Counted from the stretch's first letter, positions 48,111-59,122 are shown. The stretch is 64,000 bases of DNA from an uncultured Gemmatimonadales bacterium (GCA_963783385.1 CAWANJ010000009.1:211976-275975); one strand, 5' to 3'. Numbers and translations are program-made. Notes: generated by a model not told the origin, from the sequence alone.

Positions 48111-48767
48111 ATGAGCCATAGCGGCCAGCGCCGAATCTCCGAGTCCACGGTTCGACGCCTGTCGGTGTACCTGCGCTTCCTGCGCGAGCTGACCCGGCAG
48201 GGCAGGGAGCTCGTTTCCAGCCGCCAGTTGGCCCGCGGCTGCGGGACCACCCCCGCCCAGGTCCGGAAGGACCTCAGCCTGTTCGGCTCGTTCGGTAAGC
48301 GCGGGCGCGGCTACACGGTGGACGAGCTGCGGCGGACGCTGGAGGGGATCCTCGGCCTGGGACGGCGCTGGCGGGTGGCCCTGGTCGGCGTCGGCAAGAT
48401 CGGCTCCGCGCTCCTGGGCTACCAGGACCTCGCGAGGCGCGGCTTCGACATCGCGGCCGCGTTCGACTCCGACCCGGCCAAGACCGGGCAGGTCATGTCG
48501 GGCGTGCAGGTGTACCCGGCCGAGCGCCTCACGGAGGTCGTGAGGATGCAGCAGATCGAGCTCGGCATCATCGCCACCCCGCCCGAGTCCGCGCAGACCG
48601 TGGCCGATGAGCTCGTCGGCGCGGGCGTGGGCGCGATCCTCAACTTCGCTCCGGTGGAGATCGACGTGCCGGAGAGCGTCACCGTGCGTACCATGGACGT
48701 GGCGCTCGAGCTGGAGGGCCTCAGCTTCATGCTGACGAGCGGAGACCGGATGCCGTCGCGCGAGTGA
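48111..48767 (+). CDS. rex: Redox-sensing transcriptional repressor Rex
   Basis: RRLSVYLR, QVRKDLSLFGSFGKRGRGY, GVGKIGSAL and ILNFAP motifs. Confidence 0.96.
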   Translation: MSHSGQRRISESTVRRLSVYLRFLRELTRQGRELVSSRQLARGCGTTPAQVRKDLSLFGSFGKRGRGYTVDELRRTLEGILGLGRRWRVALVGVGKIGSALLGYQDLARRGFDIAAAFDSDPAKTGQVMSGVQVYPAERLTEVVRMQQIELGIIATPPESAQTVADELVGAGVGAILNFAPVEIDVPESVTVRTMDVALELEGLSFMLTSGDRMPSRE

Positions 48768-50044
48768 CGGTCGCGGGGCGGAGCCAGCGGTACGGAGTCG
48801 AGGACATGGCGACGATGGGGGAGCGGGGCGTCGGTATCGCGAGCGAGATCGGGAAGCTGCGGCGCGTCATCTGCCACAGCCCGGGTCCGGAGCTCACGGT
48901 GGTCACGCCCGACAACCGGCAGGACTACCTGTTCGACGACATCCTGGACCTGGAGCGGGCGCGCCGGGAGCATGGGCGCTTCGTGACGCTCCTGGAGCGC
49001 TTCGCCGAGGTCCACGAAGTGTCGGACCTGCTGGTGGACGTCCTCGCCGACCCCGAGGCCCGGGACGACCTCCTGCAGGGCTCGGACGACGCCTTCCGCG
49101 AACGGGCGCGCGAGGCCCGGCCCGAGGAGCTGGCCCGCCTGTTCATCGAGGGCGAGGAGAGCCACGGCGGGGCCCTGGCCGAGCTGGTCAACGAGGCGGG
49201 CTACAGCCTTCCGCCGCTCCCGAACCTGTTCTTCACCCGCGACGCGGCCGAGGTGATCGGCGACGGGGTGGCGATCTCCGCCATGCGCCACGAGGTGCGC
49301 TGGACCGAAGAGCTCATCATGCGGACCCTGTTCCAGCACCATCCCGCGCTCCAGAACCAGGGACTGCTGTACGACGGCACTCGCGAGCGGCGCATGAACA
49401 CGAGCATCGAGGGTGGCGACGTGCACGTGCTGCGCGAGGACCTCGTGCTGGTCGGACTCTCCGAGAGGACGAGCGCGGCGGGCATCGACGCGCTGGCCGA
49501 GCGGCTGCTCGCCACGACGCCGGTCTCCGACCTCCTCGTCGTCATCCTCCCACCCCATCGGACGTCCATCCACCTCGACATGATCTTCACCATGCTGGAC
49601 CGGGAGCAGTGCTGCGTGTTCCCGCCCTACTTCCTGGGGCCAACCCGCCTTCCGGTGCTGCACGTGGGCGCCGCCGACCGCGAGACGCGCGAGCGGGAAG
49701 ACCTGTTCGAGGCCCTGGCCGATCTCGGCATGCCCCTCGCGCCCATCCCGTGCGGGGGCGACCGGCGCACCATGCAGGAGCGGGAGCAGTGGGGCAGCGG
49801 CTGCAACCTGTTCGCGGTGGGGCCGGGGCAGCTCCTCGCCTACGACCGCAACGAGCACACCCTGGCGGCGCTGGAGAGGGAGGGCGGCTTCCGCATCGTC
49901 CACAGCGTGGACTTCCTCACCGGCGACGAGTGGGTCGAGGATGACGAGCGCTTCGTGATCGCGTTCGAGGGGACCGAGCTGGTGCGGGGCGGGGGAGGGC
50001 CGCGCTGCATGACGATGCCGGTGCTGCGGGACCCTGTAGCGTGA
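48764..50044 (+). CDS. arcA: Arginine deiminase
   Basis: SEIGKLRRV, PNLFFTRD, IEGGD, HLDMIF, EQWGSGCN and GGGPRCMTMP motifs (Cys-His-Asp triad). Alternative start ATG 48806. Confidence 0.88.
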   Translation: MTVAGRSQRYGVEDMATMGERGVGIASEIGKLRRVICHSPGPELTVVTPDNRQDYLFDDILDLERARREHGRFVTLLERFAEVHEVSDLLVDVLADPEARDDLLQGSDDAFRERAREARPEELARLFIEGEESHGGALAELVNEAGYSLPPLPNLFFTRDAAEVIGDGVAISAMRHEVRWTEELIMRTLFQHHPALQNQGLLYDGTRERRMNTSIEGGDVHVLREDLVLVGLSERTSAAGIDALAERLLATTPVSDLLVVILPPHRTSIHLDMIFTMLDREQCCVFPPYFLGPTRLPVLHVGAADRETREREDLFEALADLGMPLAPIPCGGDRRTMQEREQWGSGCNLFAVGPGQLLAYDRNEHTLAALEREGGFRIVHSVDFLTGDEWVEDDERFVIAFEGTELVRGGGGPRCMTMPVLRDPVA

Positions 50045-50859
50045 ATCCGGGCGTCCGCTTCTCCCCGTCTTCCACGCTGCTGGCGCGCGCCCTGGAGGAG
50101 CTGGAGCGGGGACCCCGCTCGGCCCCCGAGCTGGCGCGCACGGTGCTCGGCGTGCGCTCCGCCCCGCCGGGCGTGGCGGAGCGCATCGTGCAGGAGCTGT
50201 TCGCCGGCGAGCGACGCGTGGAGCGGGCGGGCGAGGATCGCTGGCGGCTGACACGCGAGCGATCCCTGTCCGGGCCCCTGGCGGCCCTGAGCTACGTGGT
50301 CGTGGATGTCGAGACCACGGGGGCCTCGCCGGGCCGCGGCGACCGGATCACCGAGATCGCCGCCGTCGAGGTCCGGGATGGGACGATCACGGACGAGTTC
50401 TCGTCGCTGGTCGACCCGGGGATGCCGATCCCGGCGTGGATCTCGCGCCTGACCGGCATCACGGACGCCATGGTGTCGGACGCGCCGCGGTTCGAGGAGA
50501 TCGCGGGGCTCGTGCGCGAGCGGCTGGAGGGCCGCGTGTTCGTGGCCCACAACGCCCCGTTCGACTGGAGGTTCGTCTCGGCCGAGATGCGACGGGCGGC
50601 GTCCGTGCTTCCGTCGGGGCCCCGCCTGTGCACCCTCCGCCTGGCGCGCCGGGCGCTGCCCGGCCTGGCCCGCAAGGGCCTCGACTCAGTCACCCAGTAC
50701 TACGGGATCGAGATCGAGGGGCGCCACCGGGCGGGAGGGGACGCCGTGGCGACGGCGGGGGTTCTCCTGCGTCTACTCGAGGAGGTCGAGCGGCGCGGCC
50801 TCACGCAATGGGGTGACCTGCAGGGCTGGCTGTCCGGCTCCCGGGGCGCCCCTCGGTAG
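50041..50859 (+). CDS. DEDDh 3'-5' exonuclease (DnaQ/epsilon-like) with N-terminal extension
   Basis: VVDVETTG, AHNAPFD and HRAGGDA motifs; GTGA overlap with arcA. Confidence 0.9.
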   Translation: MNPGVRFSPSSTLLARALEELERGPRSAPELARTVLGVRSAPPGVAERIVQELFAGERRVERAGEDRWRLTRERSLSGPLAALSYVVVDVETTGASPGRGDRITEIAAVEVRDGTITDEFSSLVDPGMPIPAWISRLTGITDAMVSDAPRFEEIAGLVRERLEGRVFVAHNAPFDWRFVSAEMRRAASVLPSGPRLCTLRLARRALPGLARKGLDSVTQYYGIEIEGRHRAGGDAVATAGVLLRLLEEVERRGLTQWGDLQGWLSGSRGAPR

Positions 50860-50877
50860 GAGGAGGAGGAAGACGCG

Positions 50878-51771
50878 ATGCTGGTGTACGAGCGGGACGG
50901 ATTCTCGGTGAGCACCGTGATGGCCGGGGGGCTGCGGCTGGACGGAGGGGCAATGTTCGGAGTCGTCCCCAAGCCCCTGTGGGAACGGCGAATCCCGGCC
51001 GACGACCGGAACCGGATCCCCCTCGCCATGCGGTGTCTCCTCATCGAGACCGGCGACCACATCCTGCTGGTCGATTCGGGCCTCGGCAACAAGGAGGAGG
51101 AGAAGTTCCGGACCATCTACGGCGTCGACAACGACGGCTCGCCCACGCGCGTCGAGGACGAGCTCCGGGCCCTGGAGGTGGAGCCCGAAGACATAGACAT
51201 GGTGCTCTGCACCCACCTGCACTTCGACCACGCCGGGGGCGCCACGCTGCGCGACGCCGACGGGACGATCCGGCCGTCCTTCCCCAACGCCACCTACCTG
51301 ATCCGGCGCGGCGAATGGGACTTCGCCCACCGGGACAACGAGCGCATCCAGGCCAGCTACCTGCGGCACAACATGGATCCGCTCCTCGAGGCGGGCGTGG
51401 TGGAGTTCCTCGAGGAGGACACCGAGGTGGTTCCCGGCGTGCGTACGGTCCGGACGCCGGGCCACACCCCCCACCACCAGTCCGTTCTCATCGAGCACGG
51501 CGACACGACCCTGTTCTACCTGGCCGACCTGGTGCCCACCCGAGCGCACGTGCCGTTGCCCTGGATCATGGGCTACGACATCGAGCCCCTGGTGACCCTG
51601 GAAGTCAAGCGGGAGTGGCTCACGCGCGCGGCGCGCGAGGGCTGGGTCCTGGTGTTCGAGCACGATCCGGAGGTGGCCTATGGCTGGGCCCGGCCCGGCG
51701 GTGAGCGCGGCGGGTGCGAGCTGGTCAGCCCGGCCCACGATCCGGTGCACGACTCCTCCCGCATCACTTGA
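50878..51771 (+). CDS. Metallo-beta-lactamase-fold hydrolase (YtnP/AHL-lactonase-like)
   Basis: LDGGAMFGVVPKPLW, THLHFDHAGG, GHTPHHQ, ADL and FEHDP motifs. Confidence 0.9.
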   Translation: MLVYERDGFSVSTVMAGGLRLDGGAMFGVVPKPLWERRIPADDRNRIPLAMRCLLIETGDHILLVDSGLGNKEEEKFRTIYGVDNDGSPTRVEDELRALEVEPEDIDMVLCTHLHFDHAGGATLRDADGTIRPSFPNATYLIRRGEWDFAHRDNERIQASYLRHNMDPLLEAGVVEFLEEDTEVVPGVRTVRTPGHTPHHQSVLIEHGDTTLFYLADLVPTRAHVPLPWIMGYDIEPLVTLEVKREWLTRAAREGWVLVFEHDPEVAYGWARPGGERGGCELVSPAHDPVHDSSRIT

Positions 51772-51775
51772 TATC
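51763..51775. promoter_or_regulatory. Candidate operator ATCACTTGATATC upstream of the thiolase RBS
   Basis: 12/13 identical to ATCACATGATATC at 3166-3178. Abuts GGAGG inside a second AT-rich patch (about 51765-51810). Confidence 0.4.
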
Positions 51776-51790
51776 GGAGGTATTACTAAT

Positions 51791-53003
51791 ATGTCGAATA
51801 AAGACTTGACGCCAGTTATCGTGGCGGCCGCACGGCTGCCCACGGGCCGGTTTCTCGGCACGCTGTCGCCGCTCGCGGCGCCGCAGCTCGGCGCCCGGGC
51901 CATCCGGGCGGCGGTGGAGCGCTCCGGAGTGGACCCGCACGAGCTGGACGAGGTCATCATGGGCAACGTCATCCAGGCCGGGGTCGGGCAGGCACCGGCG
52001 CGCCAGGCGGCCATCCACGGCGGCGTTCCGGACACGGTGCCGGCCGTGACGATCAACAAGGTGTGCGGGTCGGGGCTCAAGTCGGTGATGCTGGCCGCGC
52101 AGGCGATCCGGGCCGGCGACGGCCGGGCGTACGTGGCGGGCGGCATGGAGTCGAATGTCCAATGCCCCGTATCTCGTCCGGGGTTACCGCGAGGGGGTCA
52201 AGTTCGGGGATCGGACCCTGGTCGATGGCCTCATTCACGACGGCCTGTGGTGTTCGTTCGGGGGCTGCCACATGGGCGGGCACGCCGAGTACACGGCCGC
52301 GAAGGCCGGGATCGGGCGTCAGGAGCAGGACCGCTTCGCCCTGGCGAGCCATCAGAAAGCGATCCGGGCCATCGATGCGGGGGAGTTCGAGGCCGAGCTG
52401 GTGCCCGTCGAGATCCCGGGCCGGAAGGGCCCCACCGTGCTCGAGGTCGACGAGACGCCCCGGCGTGACACGGGCTACGAGAAGCTCGCCTCGCTGCGTC
52501 CGGCGTTCCCCGACGACGCCCCCGACGACATCGAGGAGCTCACGGTCACGGCGGGTAACGCTCCGGGACTCAACAATGGCGCGGCGGCCACCGTCGTCAC
52601 GTCCCGGGCGTACGCCGAAGCCAACGGCCTGGACACGCTCGCGACGATCTCGGCATATTCGGTCGGAGCCACGGCCCCGCGGGACCTGTTCTTCGCCCCG
52701 GTGGACGCTGTGCGTCGCCTGATGGAGAAGGAAGGGACCTCGATCGACGATTACGGGCTGGTGGAGATGAACGAGGCGTTCGCCGTGCAGGCCCTGGCGG
52801 ACGCTCGGGAGCTGGGCATCGACCCGGAGCGACTCAACGTGCGGGGCGGCGCCGTGGCGCTGGGCCACCCGATCGGAGCCTCGGGGGCCCGCATCCTCAC
52901 GACCCTCCTGTACGCGATGCGGGATCGTGACGTGCACAAGGGCATGGCCACCCTGTGTCTGGGTGGCGGCAACGCCGTAGCCATGAGCGTGGAGAGATCA
53001 TGA
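51791..53003 (+). CDS. Acetyl-CoA C-acyltransferase (thiolase II); frameshifted at 52154-52155
   Basis: GQAPARQAA and NKVCGSG (catalytic Cys), then GGMES/MSNAP split by an extra A, then [20 protein letters not shown] and CLGGG. Confidence 0.94.
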
Positions 53004-53578
53004 GTCGAGACATCGCCACCGCGGCCGGTTCGTGGGGGACACGGGCGGCCAGGGTGCCCCGGTCGCTGCGTCGAGCCGCCGCCGTGCTGGGCTTCGCCGT
53101 GCTCACCGCCATCGGCGCGCGGATGGCCGTGCCGCTCCCCGGCAGCCCGGTCCCGTTCACCTTCGAGGTGGTGGCCGTCCTGGCCGCGGGGTTCCTGCTC
53201 GGTCCGAGACTGGGTGCGGCCAGCCAGCTATCCTACCTGGCGGCCGGGGCCGCCGGCCTGCCGGTGTTCGCGGCGGGCGGAGGGCTGGCCTATGTGCTCG
53301 GCCCGACGGGCGGCTACCTGATGGCCTACCCGGTCGCGGCCCTCGTCGTGGGAATGGTGGCGAAGGGTCGGGGACTCGGGGGGCAGACGACCGGTCTCCT
53401 GCTCGGCGTCGCCGTCATCTATCTCGGTGGGGTGGCGTGGCTCGCGCCCTCCCTGGGCGTCGGACGCGCGCTCGCGGTCGGCGCCGCCCCCTTCGTGGTC
53501 GTGGATCTCCTGAAAGTGCTGCTCGTCCTGCTCGCGGGACGACGGGCCACGTCCGGGCTGAGCCGGCTCCTGGCCTGA
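53000..53578 (+). CDS. bioY: Biotin transporter BioY (solitary S component)
   Basis: PVPFT, LLGPR.G..SQL.YL..G..GLPVFA and LGPTGGYL motifs; ATGA overlap with the thiolase. Confidence 0.9.
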   Translation: MSRDIATAAGSWGTRAARVPRSLRRAAAVLGFAVLTAIGARMAVPLPGSPVPFTFEVVAVLAAGFLLGPRLGAASQLSYLAAGAAGLPVFAAGGGLAYVLGPTGGYLMAYPVAALVVGMVAKGRGLGGQTTGLLLGVAVIYLGGVAWLAPSLGVGRALAVGAAPFVVVDLLKVLLVLLAGRRATSGLSRLLA

Positions 53579-53580
53579 GT

Positions 53581-53626
53581 CCGGGCCGCGGCGAGCGCGA
53601 GCTCCGCGCGCGGTCAAGCGGCCCGG
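53581..53626 (+). terminator. Possible U-tract-less hairpin after bioY
   Basis: CCGGGCCGC (53581-53589) pairs with GCGGCCCGG (53618-53626), with an inner GCGCG/CGCGC stem; no poly-T follows. Confidence 0.35.
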
Positions 53627-53641
53627 CACCGTCCGGTCGCG

Positions 53642-54604
53642 ATGAAGCTGCTCGTCGGGTCCGAGGGACGTCTCCGTGCGGGCTGGCGCCTGGCGGTCTT
53701 CGGGATGCTGGTCGCCGGAGCCTACCTGTTCCTGGGCGGCGTCACCTGGGCGACCCTCCCGGGACTCAGGAGCGGTCGCGGTCTGGTGCCGGCCGCCGGG
53801 ATCGGTGTGGCGCTCCTCTCAGTCCTCGGCGCGACATGGGCGATGGCCCGGACGGTGGAGCGGGTTTCGCTCACGGCGCTCGGCCTGCCGCGCGACCGCA
53901 CCGCGGTCGCCGAGGCGGCCCGAGGGTTCCTGGTGGGGCTCACGCTCATGGCGCTGGTGGTGGGCGTCCTGGCCATCACGGGCGCGGTGAGCTGGCGCCC
54001 GGAGCGGGGAACCGGGAGCTGGACCGGGACCGTGGGCCTGGCGACGCTGTTCCTGGCCGTCGGCGCCCTCGAGGAGGAGCTCCTGTTCCGGGGGTACCCG
54101 CTCCAGGTGCTGGCCGAGGCGCTCGGCGGCCCCGCGGCGGTCGTGCTCACGGCGGTGGGGTTCGGGCTCCTGCACTTGTTCAACCCGGGGCTGGACCGTC
54201 TCGCCTTGCTGAACCTCGTGGTGGCCGGGATCCTGCTGGGCGCGGCGTACTGGCGCACCTACAGCCTGTGGTTTCCGATCGGGATCCACCTGGGCTGGAA
54301 CTGGACCATGAGCGTGGCCGCCGGCCTGCCGGTGAGCGGCATCGGCGCGGGCACGCCCGGGTTTCGATTCCTGGACACGCCGGGCTTCGACGCCGCGGTC
54401 CACGGGCCGGCCTGGTGGTCCGGCGGCCGGTTCGGGCCGGAAGCGGGAGTGGCGGTCACGGCCGTGGCCCTGGTCGGCATTGCCTGGCTCGCGCGGACGG
54501 GGCGCCTGCACCGCGCCGAGCGGATCCGATCGGCGGGGGCGCTGCCCGATCGGCGGGTCGGCAGGGAAGGGCGCGGGGACGAGGCTGCACGTGGGGGATC
54601 CTGA
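53642..54604 (+). CDS. CPBP (CAAX protease/Abi) intramembrane metalloprotease
   Basis: EEELLFRGY (EExxxR), FGLLH and HLGWN motifs; multiple TM helices. Confidence 0.9.
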   Translation: MKLLVGSEGRLRAGWRLAVFGMLVAGAYLFLGGVTWATLPGLRSGRGLVPAAGIGVALLSVLGATWAMARTVERVSLTALGLPRDRTAVAEAARGFLVGLTLMALVVGVLAITGAVSWRPERGTGSWTGTVGLATLFLAVGALEEELLFRGYPLQVLAEALGGPAAVVLTAVGFGLLHLFNPGLDRLALLNLVVAGILLGAAYWRTYSLWFPIGIHLGWNWTMSVAAGLPVSGIGAGTPGFRFLDTPGFDAAVHGPAWWSGGRFGPEAGVAVTAVALVGIAWLARTGRLHRAERIRSAGALPDRRVGREGRGDEAARGGS

Positions 54605-54620
54605 CCGGGAGGAGATGGGG

Positions 54621-55487
54621 ATGAAGGCCGAAGACATCCGGACGGCCGGGGTGGTCGGCGCCGGCACCATGGGGAACGGGATCGCGCACGTGCTGGCCCT
54701 GGCGGGCATCGCCACGCACCTGGTGGACGTGGACGACGCAGCGCTGGAGCGGGGGATCGCCACGATTCGCAAGAACCTCGACCGTCAGGTGGCCAGGGGG
54801 GCGGTGGACGGGGCCGAGGCCGAGGCGGCGCTGGCTCGCGTGGAGTCGTCGACGTCGCTCGAGGACCTCGCCGGCTCGCAGATCGTGGTCGAAGCGGCGC
54901 CCGAGCGTGCCGAGCTCAAGGCGAGGATCTTCGAGGAGCTCTCGGGCATCGTCGACCCGGAGACCCTGCTGGCCTCGAACACGAGCTCGATCGCCATCAC
55001 CGGCCTCGCCTCTCACGCTACCCATCCCGGTCGCGTCGTCGGGATGCATTTCATGAACCCCGTGCCCGTGATGCGGCTCGTCGAGGTGATCCGGGGCCTG
55101 GAGACCTCGGACGGGACGACCGCGCTGGTCATGGAGCTGTCACGGCGACTGGGCAAGACGCCGGTCGAGGTGTCCGACTATCCGGGCTTCGTCTCGAACC
55201 GGGTGCTCATGCCCATGATCAACGAGGCGGTCTTCTGCCTGATGGAGGGCGTGGCGACGCCGGAGGCCATCGACACGGTGATGAAGCTCGGCATGAACCA
55301 CCCAATGGGGCCGCTGGCCCTGGCGGATCTGATCGGCCTCGACACGTGTCTCCACATCTGCGAGGTCTTGCAGGCGGAGCTCGGAGACGACAAGTACAGG
55401 CCCTGCCCGCTGCTCCGGAAGTACGTGGCGGCGGGGCGGCTGGGGCGGAAGACCGGGCGGGGCTTCTACGCGTATGGCGATGGTTGA
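54621..55487 (+). CDS. hbd: 3-hydroxybutyryl-CoA dehydrogenase
   Basis: [36 protein letters not shown] and [13 protein letters not shown] motifs. Alternative start 54615. Confidence 0.93.
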   Translation: MKAEDIRTAGVVGAGTMGNGIAHVLALAGIATHLVDVDDAALERGIATIRKNLDRQVARGAVDGAEAEAALARVESSTSLEDLAGSQIVVEAAPERAELKARIFEELSGIVDPETLLASNTSSIAITGLASHATHPGRVVGMHFMNPVPVMRLVEVIRGLETSDGTTALVMELSRRLGKTPVEVSDYPGFVSNRVLMPMINEAVFCLMEGVATPEAIDTVMKLGMNHPMGPLALADLIGLDTCLHICEVLQAELGDDKYRPCPLLRKYVAAGRLGRKTGRGFYAYGDG

Positions 55488-56667
55488 CACGTACGGTGAC
55501 ATCGATCTGACCGAGGAGCAGCTCCAGATCTGTCGTCTGGCGCGGCGCTTCGCGGAGGAGGAGGTCCTTCCAGGGGCGGTGCGGCGCGACCGGGAGGAAG
55601 ACCACTTCGATCGGGCCATCGTGGACCGCCTAGGGGAGCTGGGCTTCCTGGGCATGATGATCCCCGAAGCCTGGGACGGCCTCGGGCTCGGGCTGGACAC
55701 CTACCTGATGGTGCTCGAGGAGATCGCCCGGGCGGATGCCTCCGTGGCCGTGTCCATGAGCGTCCATAACTCGCTGCCCACGCAGCTGCTGCTCCGCCAC
55801 GGGACCGACGAGCAGAGGGACCGCTGGCTGCGGCCCATGGCACGCGGTGAGCTCCTGGGGGCGTTCTCCCTGTCGGAGGCGGGCTCGGGGAGCGACGCGG
55901 CCAGCCTGCAGGCCCAGGCGCGGCGTGACGGGGACGACTGGGTGCTCAGAGGCGAGAAGATGTGGGTCACGAACGGCGCCTCGGCCGACCTCGTCCTCCT
56001 GTTCGTGCGCACGGACACTCCCGAGGACCGCCTCGGGACGCACGGGATCGGCGCCTTCGTCGTCCCCACACACGCGCCCGGCTATCGCGCGGGCAAGAAG
56101 GAGCGCAAGCTGGGGCTGCGCGGGTCCGAGACCGTGGCCGTGCACCTGGAGGACGTCCGCCTCGGGCCCGAGCACCTCCTCGGCGAGCCCGGGAAGGGGT
56201 ACCGATACGCGCTGGGCGCCCTCGAGGGAGGGCGTCTGGGCATCGCCGCCCAGGCGGTGGGAATCGCGGGGGCCGCGCTCGAGCACGCGCTGGCGTACGC
56301 GGCCGAGCGCGAGCAGTTCGGGCGTCCGATCAAGGACTTCCAGGGCCTCCGGTTCAAGCTCGCCCGCATGGGTCTCCGGGTGGAGGCTGCGCGCGCCTTG
56401 CTCCATCGCGCCGCGCGGGTCTACATGAAGGGAGAGACTCGGCAGCGGATGCTCTCGAGCATGGCCAAGCTGGAGGCGAGCGAGGCGGCCATGCAGGTGA
56501 CCAGGGAGGCGGTCCAGGTGCTGGGAGGCTACGGCTACACGAGAGAATACCCCGTGGAGCGGCTCTTCCGGGACGCCAAGGTCACGGAGATCTACGAGGG
56601 CACCAGCGAAGTGCACCAGATCATCATCGCCAAGGAACTCTACTCACAGCGAGGTACGGACCAGTGA
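55474..56667 (+). CDS. Acyl-CoA dehydrogenase (short/branched-chain type)
   Basis: [45 protein letters not shown] and EIYEGTSE motifs. Confidence 0.94.
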   Translation: MAMVDTYGDIDLTEEQLQICRLARRFAEEEVLPGAVRRDREEDHFDRAIVDRLGELGFLGMMIPEAWDGLGLGLDTYLMVLEEIARADASVAVSMSVHNSLPTQLLLRHGTDEQRDRWLRPMARGELLGAFSLSEAGSGSDAASLQAQARRDGDDWVLRGEKMWVTNGASADLVLLFVRTDTPEDRLGTHGIGAFVVPTHAPGYRAGKKERKLGLRGSETVAVHLEDVRLGPEHLLGEPGKGYRYALGALEGGRLGIAAQAVGIAGAALEHALAYAAEREQFGRPIKDFQGLRFKLARMGLRVEAARALLHRAARVYMKGETRQRMLSSMAKLEASEAAMQVTREAVQVLGGYGYTREYPVERLFRDAKVTEIYEGTSEVHQIIIAKELYSQRGTDQ

Positions 56668-57779
56668 CGCATCCCGGCATAGAGGTACCCGAGCAGGTGG
56701 CCCGCGAGGGCGAGCTCGCCTCGAGCGAGATCTTCGAACTGCTGGCCGAGCATGGGCACGAGCAGGTCCTGTTCACCCACGAGCCGTCGTGTGGCTACCG
56801 CGGCATCATCGCCATCCACGACACGACGCTGGGCCCGGCGCTGGGGGGCACGAGATACTGGAACTACGAGAGCAATTGGGACGCGGTCGTAGACGTGCTG
56901 CGCCTGTCCCGCGGCATGACCTACAAGGCCGCCGTGGCCGGGCTCAACCTGGGGGGCGGAAAGTCCGTCATCATCGGGGACAATCGCCGCCCGGACCGCG
57001 AGATGATCATGCGGGCGCACGGCCAGGCCGTGGAGAGCATGGGGGGACGCTACATCACCGCGGAGGACGTGGGAACGTCCGTCGAAGACATGGACTTCGT
57101 CCACATGGAGACCGACTACGTGGTCGGGATCGCCGGACGCTCGGGCGACCCCTCGCCGGTGACGGCGTACGGCGTGTTCCGGGGGATCAAGGCGTGCGCG
57201 CAGCGTCGCTACGGTTCCGACGACCTCGACGGCCGCACGGTCGCGGTCCAGGGGGCCGGGCACGTGGGCTACCACCTGGCGGAGTACCTGATGGACGACG
57301 GCGCCCACGTTGTCATCACGGACATCGACTCGGCCCGGGTCCAGCGCGCGGTCGACGAGCTGGGCGCCGAGGCGGTGGAGCCCGACGAGATCTACGAGGT
57401 GGACGGCGACATCTTCGCGCCGTGCGCCCTGGGCGCCATCCTCAACGAGGACACGATTCCTCGCCTCGCGGTCGACATCGTGGCCGGGGCGGCCAACAAC
57501 CAGCTCGCTGCCGAGGATGACGACGACCGTCTGGCCGAGCGAGACATCCTGTACGCGCCGGACTACGTCATCAACGCCGGGGGGCTCATCAACGTCTACT
57601 CGGAGCTGGTGAGCTGGTCCCTGGAGCGCTCCAAGCGCAAGGCCGGCGAGATCTACCACACGCTGCTGCAAGTCTTCCAGCTGGCCGAGGAGCGCGGCAT
57701 TACCAGCGCGGTGGCCGCCGACGAGCTCGCCCAGCGGCGCGTTGAGCGGGTGGCGCGCCTCCACCGCCGACACGTCTGA
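56664..57779 (+). CDS. Glu/Leu/Phe/Val dehydrogenase (leucine dehydrogenase-like)
   Basis: [41 protein letters not shown] and PDYVINAGG motifs. Confidence 0.93.
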   Translation: MTHPGIEVPEQVAREGELASSEIFELLAEHGHEQVLFTHEPSCGYRGIIAIHDTTLGPALGGTRYWNYESNWDAVVDVLRLSRGMTYKAAVAGLNLGGGKSVIIGDNRRPDREMIMRAHGQAVESMGGRYITAEDVGTSVEDMDFVHMETDYVVGIAGRSGDPSPVTAYGVFRGIKACAQRRYGSDDLDGRTVAVQGAGHVGYHLAEYLMDDGAHVVITDIDSARVQRAVDELGAEAVEPDEIYEVDGDIFAPCALGAILNEDTIPRLAVDIVAGAANNQLAAEDDDDRLAERDILYAPDYVINAGGLINVYSELVSWSLERSKRKAGEIYHTLLQVFQLAEERGITSAVAADELAQRRVERVARLHRRHV

Positions 57780-57784
57780 TCCCC

Positions 57785-59122
57785 ATGGGAGCGGGTCCGA
57801 CCGGGAGCGGAGGAGATGCCACCCGCGGGGAGGATGGTGCGCTGGTCGGTCCCGCCTGGCAGGACCGGCGGCTGAGCGAGGTCGACCCCGAGGTCCACGC
57901 GGCCGTCCGGGACGAGACCGAGCGCCAGCGCAGGGGCCTCGAGCTCATCGCGAGCGAGAACTTCTGCTCCTCGGCGGTGCTCGAGGCCACGGGATCGCCG
58001 CTCACCAACAAGTACGCCGAGGGGCTGCCGGGGAAGCGATACTACGGAGGCTGCGAGTTCGTGGACGTGGCCGAAGACCTGGCACGCCGGCGTGCGTGCG
58101 AGCTGTTCGGGGCCGAGCACGCCAACGTTCAGCCCCACAGCGGCGCCCAGGCCAACATGGCGGCCTACGCGGCCTTCCTCTCCCCGGGCGACGCGATCCT
58201 CGGGATGAACCTCACCCACGGGGGGCACCTCACCCACGGCTCGTCGGTCAACTTCAGCGGCAAGCTGTACCGGGTGGCGGAGTATGGCGTGCGGGAGTCG
58301 GACGGTCGATTGGACGTGGACGCGCTGGTCGCGGTGGCGCGCGAGCACCGGCCGGGCGTCATCATGGCGGGCTGGAGCGCCTACCCCCGGATCCTGCCCT
58401 TCGAGACGTTCGCCGGGATCGCGGCCGAGGTCGGGGCTCGCCTCATCGTGGACATGGCCCACTTCGCCGGGCTCGTGGCGGCGGGAGTGCACCCGAGCCC
58501 GGTTCCGCACGCGGACGTGGTGACCACGACGACCCACAAGACACTGAGAGGGCCGCGCGGCGGGATGATCCTGTGCCGGGAGGAGCACGCCAGGGCCATC
58601 GACAAGGCCGTGTTCCCGCGCACGCAGGGCGGTCCGCTCATGCACGTGATCGCGGCCAAGGCCGTATGCCTCAAGGAAGCGCAGTCCGAGGGCTTCCGTC
58701 GCTACGGGGCGCGAACGGTCGAGAACGCCCGGGCGCTGGGACGCGCGCTGGAGGCGCGGGGCTGGACCCTCGTCTCGGGGGGGACGGACACCCACCTCCT
58801 GCTGGTGGACCTCCGGGACACGGAGCTCACCGGGAAGGACGCCGAGGAGCTGCTGGGTCGTGCCGAGATCACGGTGAACAAGAACACGATCCCGGGCGAG
58901 ACCCGCTCTCCCTTCGTGACCTCGGGGATCCGGATCGGCACGCCCGCCGTCACCACCCGCGGCATGGGTCCTGACGAGATGGAAACGATCGCGGGATGGA
59001 TCGACCGGGTCCTGCGCTCCGGGGGCGAGGACGCCACGATCGACGGGGTGCGCGGCGAGGTGCACGAGCTCACCTCCGCCTTTCCACTGTACCGCGAGAC
59101 GCCCTGCGACCGGGGAGCCTGA
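57785..59122 (+). CDS. glyA: Serine hydroxymethyltransferase
   Basis: [29 protein letters not shown] and [14 protein letters not shown] (PLP Lys) motifs. Confidence 0.97.
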   Translation: MGAGPTGSGGDATRGEDGALVGPAWQDRRLSEVDPEVHAAVRDETERQRRGLELIASENFCSSAVLEATGSPLTNKYAEGLPGKRYYGGCEFVDVAEDLARRRACELFGAEHANVQPHSGAQANMAAYAAFLSPGDAILGMNLTHGGHLTHGSSVNFSGKLYRVAEYGVRESDGRLDVDALVAVAREHRPGVIMAGWSAYPRILPFETFAGIAAEVGARLIVDMAHFAGLVAAGVHPSPVPHADVVTTTTHKTLRGPRGGMILCREEHARAIDKAVFPRTQGGPLMHVIAAKAVCLKEAQSEGFRRYGARTVENARALGRALEARGWTLVSGGTDTHLLLVDLRDTELTGKDAEELLGRAEITVNKNTIPGETRSPFVTSGIRIGTPAVTTRGMGPDEMETIAGWIDRVLRSGGEDATIDGVRGEVHELTSAFPLYRETPCDRGA

